A program made the position numbers and the translations under genes. This document shows, piece after piece, positions 1-10,072 of a DNA stretch of 18,137 nt (its first letter is position 1; each line of letters opens with the position of its first letter). A model generated the notes under the pieces. That model saw only the letters and a list, made by a program, of their open reading frames with translations, was not told the origin of the DNA and did no database searches. The DNA is taken from positions 1 to 18,137 of the forward strand of contig JBNKBE010000043.1 in NCBI GenBank assembly GCA_050287085.1. Direction: 5' to 3'. Origin of the DNA: Polyangiaceae bacterium (GTDB lineage Bacteria > Myxococcota_A > Polyangia > Polyangiales > Polyangiaceae).

Positions 1-2
1 CG

Positions 3-146
3 AGCCACATCACCGGGGCGCTCAAAAGCCTCGACACCACGCTGATGGCGCGCGCGCTGCGCCAGATGGGGATCGAGGTGACCGAGCCCGACGCCACCAC
101 CTTCGTGGTGAAGTCGCTGGGACGGCTCACGCCGCCGCCGGGGCCG
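3..146 (+). pseudogene. aroA: EPSP synthase N-terminal fragment, entering from the left edge and truncated at ~146
   Basis: The frame from 3 reads SHITGALKSLDTTLMARALRQMGIEVTEPDATTFVVKSLGRLTPPPGP, matching the AroA segment 'GALKSDDT..MA.AL..MG'. The expected following 'LFLGNAGTA.R' motif is absent and the frame runs through unrelated sequence to a stop at 257. Confidence 0.75.
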
Positions 147-457
147 CCCGCTCCGCCCTCGGTCGCGGCTGGATCCTCAGTCGCGCAGGCTTGCAGGGCC
201 GTCAGCAAAAGCAGGGCGGGGCGCAAAGCAGGCAGGGGCTTTTGGGCGGGCCGGTGAAGCATGGGGCGCACCCTGCCACACCGAGGCAAACGCTGCCACT
301 CGAACGGGAGGCCTGGCGATGCCAGGGAAGAAGCGGCAGCGATGCTGGCTGGCCCAAGGTCTGAGCTCCCCAGACTCGCACGGCTGTGGGGATGGCGTCC
401 TTGCGCCCGGGAGGGGCTAATGCCGCCCCCTCGAGCCACGGAGGGAGACGCGGCCAA

Positions 458-474
458 CTTGATCTTTTCTTGAT
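458..474 (+). promoter_or_regulatory. Candidate KdpE (OmpR-family) binding site, CTTGAT-N5-CTTGAT
   Basis: Exact hexamer direct repeat at 458 and 469 (11-bp period) with a T-rich spacer, upstream of the kdp operon. A related CTTGAC / -35-like TTGACG lies at 490-496. Confidence 0.55.
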
Positions 475-543
475 GCGGAGACAGCCAGCCTTGACGGCGG
501 CGAGATCGGAGAAGCGGTAGCTACTGGGTGCAAGGAGCCACAC

Positions 544-636
544 ATGCTTTCTCCCTCAGCGCTTCCCCGAGTGCGACAGCGAGTGCCGCTGCCTCGCCGC
601 GCCGTTTGCGCCCCAACCGTATCACTGCGGAGCTGA
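544..636 (+). CDS. Putative 30-aa leader peptide ([30 protein letters not shown])
   Basis: Strong SD AAGGAG at 532-537, ATG at 544, TGA at 634-636, ending 3 nt before the next ATG. No recognisable homology. Confidence 0.3.
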   Translation: MLSPSALPRVRQRVPLPRRAVCAPTVSLRS

Positions 637-639
637 CTC

Positions 640-720
640 ATGGACATCGTCTTCATCACCATTATCTGTGCGTTCTTTCTGCTCACCTGGGGCTTCGTAC
701 GCCTCTGCGAGAGGGTCTAG
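640..720 (+). CDS. 26-aa single-pass membrane peptide upstream of kdpF ([26 protein letters not shown])
   Basis: GGAG at 629-632, ATG 640, TAG 718-720, ending 2 nt before the kdpF start. Hydrophobic helix with a charged tail, resembling small ORFs commonly found before kdpF. Confidence 0.8.
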   Translation: MDIVFITIICAFFLLTWGFVRLCERV

Positions 721-722
721 CC

Positions 723-815
723 ATGACGTCGCTGCTCGTCGCCGGCGGCGTCCTGGCCGTGTTCCTCCTCGCCTACCTGGGCTTCGCGCTCCTCTTCCCG
801 GAGAAGCTGTCATGA
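723..815 (+). CDS. kdpF: K+-transporting ATPase subunit F (30 aa)
   Basis: [30 protein letters not shown] carries the KdpF signature YL..ALL.PE.; ATGA overlap with kdpA. Confidence 0.92.
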   Translation: MTSLLVAGGVLAVFLLAYLGFALLFPEKLS

Positions 816-2554
816 CCGCGAACGCAGCCATCCAGTTCGTGGTCTTCCTGGTTGCGCTGATCGCGCTCGCGGTGCCGCTCGGCTCGTACATGGCGCGTGT
901 GTATAGCGGCGAGGCTCGCCTAGCCCAGAGCGTGTTGGGGCCGATCGAGCGTGTCTTCTATCGACTCGCGGGCGTCCGTCACGACGAGGAGATGTCCTGG
1001 AAGAAGTACGCGGTCAGCGTGCTCGTATTCAATCTCCTCGGCGCGCTCGCGCTCTACCTCCTTCAGCGCGCGCAGGCCGCGCTGCCACTCAATTCGACAG
1101 GGCTATCGAACGTGCCGCCGGAAGTGTCATTCAACGCAGCGGTCAGCTTCGCCACGAACACGAACTGGCAGGCCTACGGCGGCGAGACGACGATGAGCCA
1201 CCTCACACAGATGCTCGGGATCACCGTGCAGAACTTCGTCTCGGCGGCGACGGGCATGGCGGTGCTGGTCGCCCTCATCCGAGGGTTCACGCGACGCACG
1301 ACCGAGGGACTCGGCAGTTTCTGGACCGATCTGACCCGCACGACGCTGTACGTCCTCCTGCCGCTCTCCGTCGTCCTTTCGCTCCTGCTGGTCTCCCAAG
1401 GCGTCGTTCAGACATTCGAAGGCTCGGCGACGGCGCGTCTACTCGACCCGGTGACCGCCAATGGCGACACCGTCGTCGATCAAGTCCTCGTGCTCGGTCC
1501 GGCGGCATCACAGATCGCCATCAAGCAGCTAGGCACCAACGGTGGCGGCTTCTTCAACGTGAACTCGGCCCACCCGTTCGAGAATCCGACGCCGCTCTCA
1601 AACTTCTTCGAGGTGCTCGCGATCCTGCTGATCCCGGCAGCGCTCTGCTTCGCGTTCGGGACGATGGTGAAGGACCGTCGGCAGGGCTGGGCGGTGTTCC
1701 TCGCGATGCTGGCTATCTTCATTCCGTTGCTTATCGCCACGACCTCATTCGAGCAAGCTGGCAATCCGCTCTTGAACTCCTTGGGCGTGGATCAGCTCGC
1801 GTCCACCGCTTCGTCGGGTGGCAACATGGAGGGCAAGGAAGTACGCTTCGGGATCGCGAATAGCGCGCTCTGGGCGACCGCGACCACGGCCGCGTCGAAT
1901 GGTTCGGTCAACGCCATGCACGACAGCTTCACGCCGCTCGGGGGTCTCGTGCCCCTGTGGCTGATGCAGCTCGGCGAGATCATCTTCGGCGGCGTTGGCT
2001 CCGGGCTCTACGGCATGCTCGTGTACGCGATCATTGCCGTCTTCATCGCTGGCCTTATGGTCGGTCGTACCCCCGAGTACCTCGGCAAGAAGATCGAGGC
2101 TTGCGAGATCAAGATGGCGTCGCTCGTCATCCTCCTTCCGGCGGCAGCTGTGCTTGTAGGAAGCGCTACCGCGTCGCTGGCGTCGGAGACCAAAGCGGCG
2201 CTCGGGAACCCGGGGGCACACGGCTTCAGCGAGATCCTCTACGCGTTCTCGTCCGGCGCGAACAACAACGGTTCGGCGTTTGGCGGACTCACCGCCAGTG
2301 GGACGTTCTACACAACAGCGATCGGCCTGTGCATGCTCATCGGGCGCTACTGGGTGATCGTCCCGGTGCTCGCGATCGCCGGCTCTCTCGCAAAGAAGAA
2401 GCTCGTACCTACGAGCGCAGGGACTCTGCCGACACACACGCCGCTCTTCGTGGGGCTCTTGGTCGGGACGATCGTCCTCGTCGGCGCGCTGACGTTCATC
2501 CCCGCGCTCGCGCTCGGTCCCATCGTCGAGCATCTCCACCTCTCGGGCCGCTGA
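812..2554 (+). CDS. kdpA: K+-transporting ATPase subunit A (580 aa)
   Basis: Pore/filter motifs [28 protein letters not shown], plus [11 protein letters not shown]. The start is placed at ATG 812 (overlapping the kdpF stop) rather than 668. Confidence 0.98.
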   Translation: MTANAAIQFVVFLVALIALAVPLGSYMARVYSGEARLAQSVLGPIERVFYRLAGVRHDEEMSWKKYAVSVLVFNLLGALALYLLQRAQAALPLNSTGLSNVPPEVSFNAAVSFATNTNWQAYGGETTMSHLTQMLGITVQNFVSAATGMAVLVALIRGFTRRTTEGLGSFWTDLTRTTLYVLLPLSVVLSLLLVSQGVVQTFEGSATARLLDPVTANGDTVVDQVLVLGPAASQIAIKQLGTNGGGFFNVNSAHPFENPTPLSNFFEVLAILLIPAALCFAFGTMVKDRRQGWAVFLAMLAIFIPLLIATTSFEQAGNPLLNSLGVDQLASTASSGGNMEGKEVRFGIANSALWATATTAASNGSVNAMHDSFTPLGGLVPLWLMQLGEIIFGGVGSGLYGMLVYAIIAVFIAGLMVGRTPEYLGKKIEACEIKMASLVILLPAAAVLVGSATASLASETKAALGNPGAHGFSEILYAFSSGANNNGSAFGGLTASGTFYTTAIGLCMLIGRYWVIVPVLAIAGSLAKKKLVPTSAGTLPTHTPLFVGLLVGTIVLVGALTFIPALALGPIVEHLHLSGR

Positions 2555-2566
2555 AAGGACAAAGTC

Positions 2567-4678
2567 ATGTCACACCCTGCACACCACCCGAGACCGCTGT
2601 TCGAGATGTCCATTGTGCGCCCAGCGATCGTGAACGCGTTCAGGAAGCTCGACCCTCGCAGCATGGTGAAGAACCCCGTCATGTTCGTCGTGGAGATCGG
2701 GAGCGCGTTCACGACGCTCCTGTTCATCCACGCCGCTGCCACCGGCCAGGGCGACGCCCATCCGGGCTTCATCCTCGCCGTGGCCCTCTGGCTCTGGTTC
2801 ACAGTCCTCTTCGCCAACTTCGCGGAAGCCATGGCCGAGGGCCGTGGCAAAGCGCAGGCGGACACGCTCCGCAAGGCGCGTCAGGACGTCATCGCGAAGC
2901 GGTTTCGGCGCGGTGTCGAGCACACCGTACATCTGGCGGATCGAGCGCTTCGCGGCGACGCGCTCGACGATGTGGCCTCCTCGTCTCTCCGCATCAGCGA
3001 CGCGGTGTTTGTCGCTGCCGGGGATCTCATCCCGGCCGATGGGGAGATCATCGAAGGTGTCGCATCGGTTGACGAGAGCGCGATCACCGGTGAGAGCGCC
3101 CCTGTCATCCGCGAGAGCGGAGGCGACCGAAGCGCGGTCACCGGAGGAACCCGCGTCCTCTCCGACTGGCTCATCATTCGCGTGACCACGAACCCTGGCG
3201 AGACCTTCCTCGACCGGATGATCGCGATGGTGGAGGGCGCCAAGCGCAAGAAGACGCCGAACGAGATCGCGCTCGACATTTTGCTCGCGGCCCTGACAAT
3301 CATCTTCCTGCTTGCGACGGTCACGTTGCTCCCATTTTCTTGGTTTGCGGTCACGAGCTCCGGCCACGGTAGCCCGGTTCCGCTTACCATTCTGGTGGCG
3401 CTCCTCGTCTGCCTGAGCCCGACCACCATAGGCGGCCTGCTGTCCGCGATCGGCATCGCGGGCATGGACCGCATGATCCAAGCGAACGTCATCGCCACCT
3501 CCGGACGGGCCGTCGAGGCGGCGGGCGACGTCGATGTGCTGCTCCTCGACAAGACCGGCACCATCACGCTCGGCAACCGCCAAGCGACCGACTTCATCCC
3601 GGCTCCTGGGGTGCAGGAGAGCGAACTCGCCGATGCCGCGCAGCTCTCGTCGCTCGCGGATGAGACGCCCGAGGGGCGTTCGATCGTTGTCCTGGCGAAG
3701 GAGAAGCACGGCCTGCGAGGACGTGACGTCGAGGCGCTGGGCCCGACCTTCGTGCCGTTTACTGCGCAGACCCGGATGAGCGGCGTCGACCTGAAGGGGA
3801 GGCGGATCCGGAAGGGCGCAACCGACGCGATCGTGCGGTTCGTCGAGGAGAACCGAGGGACGTTCCCGGCTCAAGTTCAGGCGATGGTCGAAGAGGTAGC
3901 AAAGCAGGGAGCGACGCCGCTCGTGGTCGCCGACGGCGCGCGGGTGCTCGGAGTCGTTCAGCTCAAAGACATCGTGAAAGGCCGGATCCGAGAGCGCTTC
4001 GCGGAGATGCGCCGCATCGGGATCAAGACCGTGATGATCACGGGCGACAACTCACTCACCGCTGCGGCGATCGCCGCGGAGGCCGGCGTCGACGACTTCC
4101 TCGCTGAGGCCACTCCCGAGGCGAAGCTCGCGATGATTCGCGACTACCAGCAAAAGGGGCACCTCGTCGCGATGACCGGTGACGGCACGAACGACGCGCC
4201 CGCGCTCGCCCAGGCCGACGTAGCCGTGGCCATGAACACCGGAACGCAGGCCGCAAAGGAAGCCGGGAACATGGTCGACCTCGACTCGAACCCGACCAAG
4301 CTCTTGTCGATCGTCGAGATCGGCAAGCAAATGCTCATGACCCGCGGATCGCTGACGACCTTCAGTATCGCCAACGACCTCGCTAAGTACTTTGCGATCA
4401 TCCCGGCGGCGTTTGTCGCTACCTATCCGGCGCTCGGCGCGCTCAACGTCATGAGGCTGCACTCGCCGACGACAGCGGTGCTCAGCGCGGTCATTTTCAA
4501 CGCGCTGATCATCGTCGCACTCATCCCGCTGGCGCTCCGGGGCATTCAGTACCGAGCGGCACCGGCGCCCGCGCTCCTCCGTAGGAACATCCTCGTCTAC
4601 GGCCTCGGCGGCGTTCTGGTCCCGTTTCCTTGTATCAAGCTTATCGACGTCACATTGACCGCGATGGGTGTGAGCTGA
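2567..4678 (+). CDS. kdpB: K+-transporting P-type ATPase subunit B
   Basis: TGES, DKTGT phosphorylation motif, [10 protein letters not shown] and [17 protein letters not shown] upstream. Confidence 0.98.
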   Translation: MSHPAHHPRPLFEMSIVRPAIVNAFRKLDPRSMVKNPVMFVVEIGSAFTTLLFIHAAATGQGDAHPGFILAVALWLWFTVLFANFAEAMAEGRGKAQADTLRKARQDVIAKRFRRGVEHTVHLADRALRGDALDDVASSSLRISDAVFVAAGDLIPADGEIIEGVASVDESAITGESAPVIRESGGDRSAVTGGTRVLSDWLIIRVTTNPGETFLDRMIAMVEGAKRKKTPNEIALDILLAALTIIFLLATVTLLPFSWFAVTSSGHGSPVPLTILVALLVCLSPTTIGGLLSAIGIAGMDRMIQANVIATSGRAVEAAGDVDVLLLDKTGTITLGNRQATDFIPAPGVQESELADAAQLSSLADETPEGRSIVVLAKEKHGLRGRDVEALGPTFVPFTAQTRMSGVDLKGRRIRKGATDAIVRFVEENRGTFPAQVQAMVEEVAKQGATPLVVADGARVLGVVQLKDIVKGRIRERFAEMRRIGIKTVMITGDNSLTAAAIAAEAGVDDFLAEATPEAKLAMIRDYQQKGHLVAMTGDGTNDAPALAQADVAVAMNTGTQAAKEAGNMVDLDSNPTKLLSIVEIGKQMLMTRGSLTTFSIANDLAKYFAIIPAAFVATYPALGALNVMRLHSPTTAVLSAVIFNALIIVALIPLALRGIQYRAAPAPALLRRNILVYGLGGVLVPFPCIKLIDVTLTAMGVS

Positions 4679-4690
4679 AAGGTGATGGAC

Positions 4691-5278
4691 ATGGTCAGCA
4701 TTCTTCGTCCGGCAGCGGTCCTCCTCGGCCTCTTCACCGGGGTCGCGGGTATCGCCTATCCGATCGCAGTCACCGGGCTGGCGCAGGTCATATTTCCGGA
4801 GCAGGCGAACGGCAGCTTGCTCGGACGCGGCGGACAGATCGTGGGGTCCGTCCTGATCGGCCAGAGCTTCGATGAGCCCCGTTACTTCTGGGGACGCCCG
4901 TCGGCCACGAGTCCTCTGCCCTACGACGCGCGCGCGTCGACGGGCTCGAACCTCGGGCCCTCGAACCCGGCGCTCATCGCGTCGGTGGGAGCTCGCGTCG
5001 CCGCGCTGCGGGCTTCGCAGGCGGGTTACGCTGCCAAGCCGGTGCCCGTCGACTTGGTGACGGCTTCCGGCAGCGGTCTGGACCCGCATATTTCCCCCGC
5101 TGCAGCGCTTTTCCAGGTCGGCCGCATCGCCCGGGCGCGGGGCCTCCCGGAGCACCGGGTTCGCGCATTGGTCGAGGCGCACGTAGACGCACGTAGCCTG
5201 GGTCTCCTCGGCGAATCGAGGGTGAACGTTCTTCGACTGAACCTTGCGCTTGAGGAGCTGGCCAGCGGCGGCACTTAG
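4691..5278 (+). CDS. kdpC: K+-transporting ATPase subunit C
   Basis: N-terminal TM helix, FPEQANGSL, YFWGRPSA, DLVTASGSGLDPHIS, RVNVLRLNLAL. Alternative in-frame starts at 4682 and 4685. Confidence 0.97.
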   Translation: MVSILRPAAVLLGLFTGVAGIAYPIAVTGLAQVIFPEQANGSLLGRGGQIVGSVLIGQSFDEPRYFWGRPSATSPLPYDARASTGSNLGPSNPALIASVGARVAALRASQAGYAAKPVPVDLVTASGSGLDPHISPAAALFQVGRIARARGLPEHRVRALVEAHVDARSLGLLGESRVNVLRLNLALEELASGGT

Positions 5279-5305
5279 CTGTACGAACGAACAGGACTGG
5301 AATCG

Positions 5306-8002
5306 ATGAGCGAGCCACCGGACAGACCCGATCCCGACCTGCTGCTACGGCGCGTACAGGAGGAGGCGGCGCGAAAGCGCCGGGGGAAGCTTAAGATCTT
5401 CCTCGGCTTCGCGCCGGGGGTTGGCAAGACGTATCGCATGCTGCAGGTGGCCCATGACCTCGTGATGGAGCAGAAGCTCGACGTGGTTGTCGGCCTGGTC
5501 GAGACGCATCGGCGGCACGAGACCGCATCGCTTGTACTCGGACTCGAGCTCTTGCCTCGGCGAAAGGTCGAGTACCGAGGGCGCGTCATCGAAGAGTTCG
5601 ACCTCGATGCGGCCCTTGCACGAAAGCCCAAGCTGTTGCTCGTCGACGAACTCGCCCACACGAACGCATGGGGCTCGCGGCACCCAAAGCGCTGGCAAGA
5701 CATCGAGGAACTGCTCGCGGCAGGCATCGACGTGTTCACGACGATGAACGTGCAGCACATCGAGAGTCTGAATGACGTCATTGTTCAGATCACGCGCGTC
5801 CAGGTGCGTGAAACCGTTCCAGACTCCGTCATCGACGGAGCGGATACCATCGAGCTGGTGGATATCGCGCCCGAGGAGCTTCTCCGGCGCTTGAAGGACG
5901 GCAAGGTCTATCTCCCGGAGCAGGCTCGGCGCGCCGCCAAGCATTTCTTCCAACGCGGGAATCTCCTCTCGCTCCGAGAGCTCGCGCTGCGGCGCACCGC
6001 CCAGCACGTTGACGAAGACGTCCGCGAGTTTCGGGAGCGAGAGGGCGTGGCCGCGACCTGGCCAGCCGGCGAACGCATCCTAGTGTGTGTCGGGCCGGCG
6101 CCGAGCTCAGGAAGGTTGATCCGGGCCACCGCACGCATGGCCGCGGGGCTGCGCTGCCCGTGGGTCGCGGCGTACGTCGAGGCTTCGAGCGTGGGACCGA
6201 TGGGTGAATCGGAGCGCGAACGCCTCGAGGTTCACCTGCGGGTCGCTGAGAGCCTCGGTGGGACCGTCACTCGGCTCTGTGGAGCGACCGTGCCCCAGGC
6301 GATCCTGCACTACGCACGCAAGCACAATGTCACGCGAATCGTCATCGGCAAACCGACCCACTCGCGCTATCGAGATCGGCTCCGAGGATCACTTCTCGAC
6401 GACGTCGTACGAGGTAGCGGCGACGTCGACGTGCACGTCATCCGAGGCGATGAGTCGGGTGACCCCGGCGAACGACTCACGTCGGGCGTCTCTCTCCGTT
6501 CGCCCATGCGCCAGTACGTTGGCAGCGCGCTGATCGTGTTGAGCGCCTTGGGCACCGCGGCGGTGCTGCGGGCAACGTTGCACCTGCCCGATTTGGTGAT
6601 GCTGTTCCTGCTCGCCGTGATGATCGCGGCTGCATGGTTCGGGCGAGGCCCAGCCCTGCTCTCCGCAGCCCTCAGCGTGGCAGCGTACGATTTCTTCTTC
6701 GTTCCGCCGTTTCACACCTTTACCGTTGAGGATCGCAACTACTTCCTGACATTCGCCATGATGTTCGGCGTGGGCATCGCGATCAGCGAGCTGGTGGGAC
6801 GACTTCGGCGCCAAGAGCAAGATGCGCTCGGACGCGAGGAGCGCACGGCCGTTCTGTACGCTGTCACCCGTGACCTGGCCAGCGCTGATAATGTTGAGGA
6901 GGTCGCGCAGGTCGCAGCGAACCACGCTGGCCAGAGTTTCTCGGCGCGCGTCGCGGTACTAGGCTTTGACAGAGCTGGAGGAGTTCGCACGCTGAGTTCA
7001 TCTCCGCACGGCTGGGAGCTCGCCCCCAAAGAGTTAGGCGTAGCGAAGTGGAGCCACGAGCACGGCCAGCTCGCTGGGCTCGGTACCGAAACCTTGCAGG
7101 GGTCGCGGGTGCTCTGCGCGCCACTTCGTATTCGGCAGTCCCAGCTCGGGGTCTTGGCGCTTGTCCCAGTGGGCGAGTTTCCTTTCCGGACCGAACAGCG
7201 TGCCTTCCTTGAGCTGTTCTGCAGGCAGACGGCCGCGGCTCTTGAGCGAGTTCGCCTCTCCGAGGAGGCGAAAGACGCCACACTGCGGGCACAGACCGAG
7301 GAAATGCGGGCGTCGCTCCTCTCTGCCGTGTCGCACGACCTGCGCACGCCTCTCGCGACGATTACCGGTGCTGCAACGGCGGTGCGGGACGAAGACCTGC
7401 CCCCGGGCACGCGAGCTGAGCTCGTCGAATCGATCGTCGGCGAGGCGTCGCGGCTTGAGCGGCTCGTCGGCAACCTGCTCGACATGACGCGCCTCGAATC
7501 CGGCGGTATTCTACTGAAGAGTGACTGGGTGCCACTCGACGAGATCGCAAGCTCCGCGCTGACACGTCTGGAGGATCGGCTGGAGCGAAGAGCAGTGACC
7601 GTCGACATCAGCGAAGACGTTCCTTTGGTGTTCGTCGACCCCGTTCTCTTCGAGCAGCTCTTCGTGAACCTCCTCGAAAATGCCGATAAGTATACGCCGC
7701 CGGACACTCCCATCGCAGTGCGGGCACGCGCAGAGGGACAGCTCGTCACGATCGAGATCATCGACCACGGTCCTGGCATCCCCTTGGGGGCCGAGACGAA
7801 GATCTTCGACAAGTTCTATCGCGGGCCGCACGTGGGCGCGTCGGGGGCTGGGCTCGGGCTGCCGATCTGCAAGGCGATTGCCCTTGCGCATGGTGGAATC
7901 ATCTCAGCCGAGAGCCGCGCCCCCGGGGGCGCGGTGTTCCGCATCGTGATGCCGAAGACCGAAGGGATGCCCTCCGCTCCACCGGAAGGGGTTGGCTCGT
8001 GA
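5306..8002 (+). CDS. kdpD: K+-sensing histidine kinase
   Basis: KdpD N-domain (GFAPGVGKT, DELAHTN, KRWQD), USP-like region, four-TM block, GAF-like region, H-box SHDLRTPL and G-box GLGL. Confidence 0.98.
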   Translation: MSEPPDRPDPDLLLRRVQEEAARKRRGKLKIFLGFAPGVGKTYRMLQVAHDLVMEQKLDVVVGLVETHRRHETASLVLGLELLPRRKVEYRGRVIEEFDLDAALARKPKLLLVDELAHTNAWGSRHPKRWQDIEELLAAGIDVFTTMNVQHIESLNDVIVQITRVQVRETVPDSVIDGADTIELVDIAPEELLRRLKDGKVYLPEQARRAAKHFFQRGNLLSLRELALRRTAQHVDEDVREFREREGVAATWPAGERILVCVGPAPSSGRLIRATARMAAGLRCPWVAAYVEASSVGPMGESERERLEVHLRVAESLGGTVTRLCGATVPQAILHYARKHNVTRIVIGKPTHSRYRDRLRGSLLDDVVRGSGDVDVHVIRGDESGDPGERLTSGVSLRSPMRQYVGSALIVLSALGTAAVLRATLHLPDLVMLFLLAVMIAAAWFGRGPALLSAALSVAAYDFFFVPPFHTFTVEDRNYFLTFAMMFGVGIAISELVGRLRRQEQDALGREERTAVLYAVTRDLASADNVEEVAQVAANHAGQSFSARVAVLGFDRAGGVRTLSSSPHGWELAPKELGVAKWSHEHGQLAGLGTETLQGSRVLCAPLRIRQSQLGVLALVPVGEFPFRTEQRAFLELFCRQTAAALERVRLSEEAKDATLRAQTEEMRASLLSAVSHDLRTPLATITGAATAVRDEDLPPGTRAELVESIVGEASRLERLVGNLLDMTRLESGGILLKSDWVPLDEIASSALTRLEDRLERRAVTVDISEDVPLVFVDPVLFEQLFVNLLENADKYTPPDTPIAVRARAEGQLVTIEIIDHGPGIPLGAETKIFDKFYRGPHVGASGAGLGLPICKAIALAHGGIISAESRAPGGAVFRIVMPKTEGMPSAPPEGVGS

Positions 8003-8700
8003 CGGCGCTCGGCCCGCTGGTCCTTGTCGTCGAAGACGAGCCGGAAATGCGCAAGTTCATCCGCGCTACGTTGACGTCGCGCGGCTACAGACTGCTTGAG
8101 GCCGAGCGCGCGTCCGAAGGTGTGCAGCTCCTAACGAGTCACAACCCCGATCTCGTCCTCATGGATCTCGGCCTTCCAGACGGCGACGGTATCGGCCTCA
8201 CCCGGCAGCTCAGGGAGTGGAGCCGGGTGCCGGTGATCGTGCTTTCCGCGCGAGGCCTGGAAGACGACAAGGTGGCCGCGCTCGATGCGGGAGCCGACGA
8301 CTACCTCACGAAGCCGTTCGGCGTCAATGAGCTCCTCGCGCGCATGCGTGTTGCGCTTCGCCACGCCGAGGCGTCCCGAGGTGGCGCGGTGGCGCAGTCC
8401 CACCAGTTTGGCGACCTCAAGATCGATCTCCAGCGCCGCGAGGTATTCCGCGGAGACCAGGAGCTTCGGCTCACTCCTATCGAGTACAAGCTCCTCGTAC
8501 TGTTCGCTCAGCATGCCGGCAAGGTGCTCACCCATCGCCAGATTCTGAAGGAGATTTGGGGCCCGACGTATGCCGCGCAGACGCACTACGTTCGCGTGCA
8601 CATGGCCGAGCTGCGCAAGAAGGTGGAAGCGAACCCGTCTCGCCCGAAGCTCCTCATCACGGAGCCGGGCGTCGGCTACCGATTGCGCGATCGGACGTGA
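7999..8700 (+). CDS. kdpE: OmpR-family response regulator
   Basis: VVEDE, DLGLPD, GADDYLTKPF and winged-helix C-terminus TEPGVGYRL; GTGA overlap with kdpD. Confidence 0.97.
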   Translation: MTALGPLVLVVEDEPEMRKFIRATLTSRGYRLLEAERASEGVQLLTSHNPDLVLMDLGLPDGDGIGLTRQLREWSRVPVIVLSARGLEDDKVAALDAGADDYLTKPFGVNELLARMRVALRHAEASRGGAVAQSHQFGDLKIDLQRREVFRGDQELRLTPIEYKLLVLFAQHAGKVLTHRQILKEIWGPTYAAQTHYVRVHMAELRKKVEANPSRPKLLITEPGVGYRLRDRT

Positions 8701-8735
8701 GCCGCCGCGCGAGTCAGGCGGCGGGACGAGGTAGG

Positions 8736-8768
8736 TGAAGCTCCCGCGCGCAGGGGCTTCAAAGCCCT
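8736..8768. terminator. Hairpin after kdpE, possible terminator
   Basis: TGAAGCTCC...GGGGCTTCA stem (one G-U pair), with an alternative GGGCT-TCAA-AGCCC stem. No U-tract on the + strand. Confidence 0.3.
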
Positions 8769-8821
8769 AGACAGCGTGTTGTTGAACGTGCGAGACGCTA
8801 CGCCGCTACCGGCGGCCTGCG

Positions 8822-9450
8822 GTGCGCTCCGGTGAAAGCCTCGTACCGATGACGGAGGACCAGCTCCGCGCCATCTTCGATGAGGGCAAAGGGGAGTTCA
8901 CCGCTCGCGTGGCCCTGACGGACGCTTCCGAGGAAGACGTCATTCGCCTGCTGGACACGCAGATCTACTTCGACCGCCTGTCCATGCCTTATCCCGCCGA
9001 GCGCAGGGGCGTGCTCGACCGTTTCGTTCGGGAGGGGCTATTGTTGGACCGTGCGGGGGCTGGCGGTTTCGACATAACGAACCTTGGCGCGCTGCTCTTC
9101 GCAAAGGACCTACGCCAGTTCGACTTGCTCGCACGCCGCGCGGCTCGTGTGATTGAATACGCGGGCTCTGGCAAGGAGGATGTCAGCTCCGATCAGCCTG
9201 GGACGATGGGCTACATCGCCGGGTTCCAGCGGTTTATCGATTACTCAACGCCAAGTTGCCGTCCAACGAGGTCATCGGCAGCGCCTTTCGGAACAGCGTC
9301 AAGATGTACCCAGAGATTGCGCTGCGTGAGCTGCTGGCAAACGCGCTCGTTCACCAAGACTTCGACGCGCCCGGGTGGATCCTGGTGGAGATCCACCCGC
9401 GGCGAATAGAGACTTCCAATCCTGGACGACCCATGATCCAGAGCCGATGA
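8822..9450 (+). pseudogene. Internal fragment of an AlbA_2/Schlafen-type DNA-binding plus RecG-C-terminal-like (HATPase_c_4) protein
   Basis: RSGESLVPMTEDQLRAIF, ITNLGALLFAKDL and YPEIALRELLANALVHQDF...ETSNPG. A 1-nt deletion at ~9245 (tac-tc-aac) splits ORFs 8822 and 9256. Both termini are missing. Confidence 0.8.
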
Positions 9451-9555
9451 TGCCTTAAATATGCGTACTCACTGTGTAATCTTATTATCCTTCATTCCGC
9501 GCTGCTTGGCCCGCGGGTCGGTTCTTCTTGCGGCATCGAGACGAAAGGACTGACC

Positions 9556-9609
9556 ATGTCCGACTCCAATTGGCTCATCACTTTCAAGCCTACCTTCTTG
9601 AACGAACTA
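9556..9609 (+). pseudogene. Orphan gene start (MSDSNWLITFKPTFLNEL), resembling the RelE-like N-terminus of some UvrD-type helicases
   Basis: SD AAAGGA at 9544-9549 and ATG at 9556. The resemblance ends after ~18 codons, where drmB-like sequence begins in another frame. Confidence 0.35.
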
Positions 9610-10072
9610 TCGAGGGCCAGATCCCTCCGGGTGACAGAGCCTTCTTCGCGTGTCGTCTGCCTAAGCGATACGCGTTACCGGAGAAGCTAGAACGCGTCGT
9701 GCACGCTAAGAAGCTCCGCCCGGTGCGAGCTCAGATCGGACTAACGCGGCTTTCCGCGCCGCCGCCGAATCTGCAGGGCGACTACGAGGACGCGTCGCGA
9801 CTGCAGCCGCTAGGACTCACGACGGACTGGCTACCCGCCGCAAAGCGCGAGTTCGAACACGTGCCCTCGCCCCCGGACTTCCCGGGCGCTCGTTTCTACC
9901 TGCTCCATTCGCTGTCGCATCTGCTCATGTCCAGATCTCGCTTACATGCGGCTACTCGGCTTCGGCGTTGAGTGAGCGGCTCTACTGCGCGCCGGCGGGT
10001 GACCAAGTCCCCATGGCGGCGATCCTCATCATGACGGGCACTGGCGGCGCGGAAGGCACGCTCGGCGGTCTG
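9609..10072 (+). pseudogene. drmB: DUF1998-domain protein fragment (DISARM DrmB-like)
   Basis: ERVV...LRPVRAQIGLTR, DWLPA, LLHSLSHLLM, then after a 1-nt deletion at ~9932 QISLTCGYSASALSERLY...AILIMT...EGTLGGL. The E..GEG.F segment and the C-terminal Cys cluster are missing. Confidence 0.8.

Noticed and set aside
150..450. c-di-AMP (ydaO) or c-di-GMP-I riboswitch upstream of kdp; GGGCGCAAAGC near 219-229
   Set aside because: The other required elements (GGGGGACCC, GGGGTGAA, CCCGTCAGCTAAC, or the GGCAAA...GAAA stem) are not present in order.
528..815. Track ORFs 528-815 and the 668 extension of kdpA
   Set aside because: Better explained by kdpF starting at 723 and kdpA at 812, with SD/overlap support.
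8767..8821. Possible IS end (CTAG-ACAGCGTGTTGTTGAAC) after a minus-strand ...RRPPVAA stop
   Set aside because: No partner inverted repeat or transposase found; too short to support.
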